Origin: Octopus vulgaris
Taxonomy: Eukaryota
Direction of reading: 5' to 3'
Length of the DNA: 64,000 nucleotides
Assembly: GCA_951406725.2 (NCBI GenBank)
Contig: OX597831.1
Coordinates: 79,794,001-79,858,000 of the forward strand
Shown here in pieces: positions 60,580 through 64,000 of this stretch. The notes beneath the pieces were generated by a model that saw nothing but the letters and a program-made list of their open reading frames with translations, was not told the origin of the DNA and did not search any database. How positions within the stretch are numbered: the first letter of the stretch is position 1; each line of letters starts with the position of its first letter. The position numbers and the translations under genes are program-made.

Positions 60580-60829
60580 TTGAGTTGGTGCATAATTATT
60601 GCGGCTTTTTTCAACAAATTTTATTCAACAAAAAACACTAACATGTAACAAAAACATCTTCAAATGATTATTCCGGAGCATATTCACCATCTACTTCAAT
60701 TACTGCTTCCCATTTGTTTGGCAGACGGTCAGACTGTCATTTAAAGATGTTTTTGTTAAATATTGTTTTTGTTGAATAAAATTTGTTTTTAAAAAAAAAA
60801 AAAGCCGCAATGATTATGCACCAGCCGAA
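60580..60829 (-). mobile_element. Mariner-derived MITE with long TIRs and TA target duplication
   Basis: TA|ttgagttggtgcataattattgcggctttttt ... aaaaaagccgcaatgattatgcaccagccgaa|TA; interior encodes DRLPNKWEAVIEVDGEYAPE* on the minus strand, like a mariner transposase C-terminus. Confidence 0.85.
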
Positions 60830-61374
60830 TACAATTGTATAGTACGGTATATTTTTGATGTGTAAAATGTACATATTAAGTCTTTACGTTATTTTCTGTC
60901 TCAACCCTCGAGCTGTTCCCATGCTGGGGCGTTATATGTAAAAATGTACCTATATCGTATTGTTTTTGTATATTTTTGATCTGCAAACGATGAACATTCT
61001 ATAACATATCACCCTGAAGTTTCTTTAAACGAATAAAACGTTGGAAGTGAAGATATCGTTTTGTGTTTTTTGCTAAGTAAATGATTTCTATTCAATAGAA
61101 GTATTGAATTGGAGTCGTTAGTGTCGGAGAGAAAACCTTGTATTTGTTGTGGCCTTTTGTTCTAGGGGCCCAATACAATAGTTCTCACAGAATATGTTCC
61201 ACCGGTCCTAACCTGTACTCACTTATCTACCATGCGAACCATTTTGGCCAGTTTAACATTTACGCTACAATCCACTTTTATTTTATAAAAAAAAAACTAC
61301 GTCTCCGCCATGAATGGACGGAGATCCTTTTGAATCTAAAACAACAGCAGGTCATAGAACTCGGTTCTTTTGGG

Positions 61375-61605
61375 ACCCTTTACTCTTTTACTTGTTTCGG
61401 TCATTTGACTGTAGCCATGCTGGAACACCGCCTTTAGTCAAATAAATCGACCCCAGGACTTATTCTTTGTAAGGTTAGTACTTATTCTATCGGTCACTTT
61501 TGCCGAACCGCTAAGTTACGGGGGCGTAAACACACCAGCATCGGTTGTCAAGCGATGTTGGGAGGTACACACACACATACACATATACATACATACATAT
61601 ACATC

Positions 61606-61664
<59 letters not shown>

Positions 61665-61790
61665 CGGGCTTCTACCAAATCCACTCGCAAGGCTTTGGTC
61701 GGCTCGATGCTATAGTAGTAGGCACTTGCCCAAGGTGCCACGTGGTAGGGCTGAATCTGGAACCACGTGGTTCGTAAGCAAGCTACTTTA
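61375..61790. mobile_element. Octopus-type SINE-like repeat with internal (CA)/(TA)n microsatellite
   Basis: tactcttttacttgtttcggtcatttgactg..ccatgctggaacaccgcctttagtc...; second copy at 63750-64000. Confidence 0.7.
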
Positions 61791-62749
61791 TTTTATCAAA
61801 TTTGCCATAGAGGCAGTACTAAGATGGGTAGCTTTGCGGGCTGGGCAAGACATTAATGAGGCGAACGATAATAATACAGGATGGTAAAAATGGGAGAAGA
61901 CAGAAAGTGCCCGCCGACCCTCTGCTTCTCCATAACATTGTTCTTTTAGAAAGACACATCTTGAGGTAATAACCCTCTTACAGAAATGGCAACATTATTA
62001 ATGCCTATTTACATATTTCGGCGCTGAGCCTATTCTTCTTCGCCTCCGACCGGGCTGTGAGCTGCCCTTAGGTACCCGGTCGGGGTCCAAAATCACGATT
62101 CTGAACAAGTCCCTCGTAAAGGAGCCCACCACCATGGCCATGTCGACCTCCGATATGACCTTCGCAGTCACTTGCGAAGGCCAATTCCTGCCTTCGGTCC
62201 AGGCTAAGGGCTCCTCCGTCAAGTCCCGCTTCCTTAGGTTTTCTATCGCCCCTCCCTTCAGAAAGAGTACAACAAACTCATCTTCCCTCCTGCTTGGATG
62301 GGTCAAGCTCCCTCTATCGGTGGCATACTTCCCACCGACAGTTTCGGGGCATGCTGGCAGTTGATTGTCAACTGCCAGCGATGTCCCATTCTTTTTTCTT
62401 TTTTTTCTTTTCTCGACGAGAGGATAAAGTTTCTCCAACTTGTCCGGGAGTCCCTCCTTCCCTCCCGTCACCTCAGAATCCATCGGTGGGCAACCATTGT
62501 CGCCAATCTTCTTTCTTTTTTTCCTTTCGAGGGGGCTACCTCCTCCTCGACTTTTTCTACATCTCCCTCCGTTATATACTCAGGAGGCTCCGCTGAAGGA
62601 AGCCACGCCTACCCCTTCCTCAGGAAAGGTGGTATTCGTTATTATGTGAACCCATCAGCCGCATGCGGCTCTGATCTCACATATGGCGGGTTAATTAAAA
62701 CAGCTTTGATTCTCAGTTTCCCAATGTTTCTTTCTGTGGCTGCAGTGGA

Positions 62750-62900
62750 AACCTGAATGTCTTTGGTGTGGTATTTCTGCAGATTCCTTTTTCTACGGAA
62801 GAAGCATTAGCATAGTGTTCTTTGATGGTACATCCGATGTAGAACTCATTGAATTTGATGCACGTGATTTTAATCACGTAGGACCGCACCGCAATCATTA
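62750..62900 (-). mobile_element. Possible Penelope GIY-YIG remnant
   Basis: VIKITCIKFNEFYIGCT..EH in ORF 62713..62898. Confidence 0.4.
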
Positions 62901-62939
62901 TCGTCTTTGATCAGGCAGTTGGAACGTGTGCACATGGTA

Positions 62940-62972
<33 letters not shown>

Positions 62973-62984
62973 ATATATTATTTA

Positions 62985-63196
62985 TTTACTACCCACAATG
63001 GGCTAAACACAGGGGGGACAGACAAAGGGATTAAGTCGATTACATCGACCCCAGTGCGTAACTGGTACTTAATTTATCGACCCCGAAAGAATGAAAGGCA
63101 AAGTCGCCGTCAGCGCAATTTGAACTCGGAACGTAACGACAGACGAAATACCGCTAAGCATTTCGCCTGGCGTACTAACGTTTCTGCCAGCTCGCC
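62985..63196 (-). mobile_element. Octopus-type tRNA-derived SINE flanked by (GT)/(GTAT)/(TA) microsatellites
   Basis: Reverse complement ggcgagctggcagaaacgttagtacgccaggcgaaatgcttagcggtatttcgtctg. Confidence 0.85.
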
Positions 63197-63197
63197 T

Positions 63198-63242
<45 letters not shown>

Positions 63243-63749
63243 GCGCGCGACTTCCACACTCCGACCCCATTTTTCACTTCCTGCCTCGCTGTATTTACTG
63301 CGAAACTTGTGAATCCCATTTCTAGTGTAAGGACATCTTATTTCTGATGGGCAGCGATGAATTTTAATGTGCAATAGTCCCCTGTACACCATTTGACATT
63401 TTACAGACAAGTGGTATGCACATTTATAATACCACTTTTACTGTCACACACGTCTGTACACACGTATAGGTTGATGTAGTAACAGATACATTATTCTGGA
63501 ATAATACAATATTTAGATAAATATGATGTGCCAAATATCGAACTCAACCTCATACAATTAAACTATCAGCGAATAAATTCATTTTTCTGTTCTACAAAAA
63601 ATACGAAACCTGGTCGTGTTTTTCCGAGCTTTAAAGTTTTCCTTCATTTCTTAGCTTCTATGAGAGAGATCGATGTGTAAGCTGTAAATTCGATTTCGGT
63701 AGACATTCGTTGATTGACCTAGACTTGATACGAATCGAGTGTATATCTT

Positions 63750-64000
63750 TCTTTTACTTCAACTGCTGTGAGGCTGGAGCACGACCTTAGCCGAGCAAAT
63801 CAACCCTAGCACTTATTCAAGCCTGGTACTTTTTCCATTGTACTCTTTCTGTCGAATCGCCATGTTACGGGTACGTAGACAAACCAGCACTGGTTTTTTT
63901 CAAGCGGTGGGAAACAACACCCGAGCACACGACAGTCTTTTTAGTTCCCATCTAGGAAATAAAATCACAAGACCTTGATCGGCCCGAGTCTATAGCAGGT
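63750..64000. mobile_element. Degenerate copy of the SINE-like repeat at 61375-61790
   Basis: gctggagcacgaccttagccgagcaaatcaacc..gttacgggtacgtagacaaaccagc. Confidence 0.6.

Noticed and set aside
61998-62756. 161-aa and 152-aa overlapping ORFs in a GC-richer patch
   Set aside because: No recognisable domain; possibly a retroelement remnant but not assignable from sequence alone
1-64000. Prokaryotic system (retron, group II intron, DGR, CRISPR-RT)
   Set aside because: The RTs are non-LTR types (R2 with ZF/Myb/RLE; Tx1 with APE), the rRNA is eukaryotic, and SINEs and microsatellites are abundant

Overview
Eukaryotic, transposon-dense DNA, most likely from an octopus (inferred from octopus-type tRNA-derived SINEs and GC-rich, expanded rRNA). 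I found no intact host gene. The core (about 4.6-33.8 kb, minus strand) is a collapsed, rearranged rDNA unit: 18S 3' part, a short spacer with no recognisable 5.8S, a few bases of the 28S 5' end, and the 28S 3' part. It is packed with R2 site-specific non-LTR retrotransposons with three zinc fingers plus Myb (A-clade architecture): four full-length but disabled ~5.3-kb copies in head-to-tail pairs, one internal fragment, and two ~1.6-kb non-coding internally deleted (SIDE-like) copies of a sister subfamily. An inverted 5'-truncated R2 with its 28S flank lies at 41.2-45.4 kb and an older scrambled R2 at 49.7-51.9 kb. The most notable signal is at the R2 5' ends. All three subfamilies carry a predicted HDV-like ribozyme supported by covariation. 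Its J1/2 region is built from a recurring internal-loop module (TTATGA / TGGATGCA) whose two arms expand as tandem repeats. Diverged copies of the R2 target region also lie beyond the 28S 3' end and flank R2/SIDE copies. The flanks hold decayed Tx1/L1-like elements, segmental duplications, Penelope remnants, a mariner MITE, SINEs and microsatellites. All RNA structures were paired by eye and are untested.
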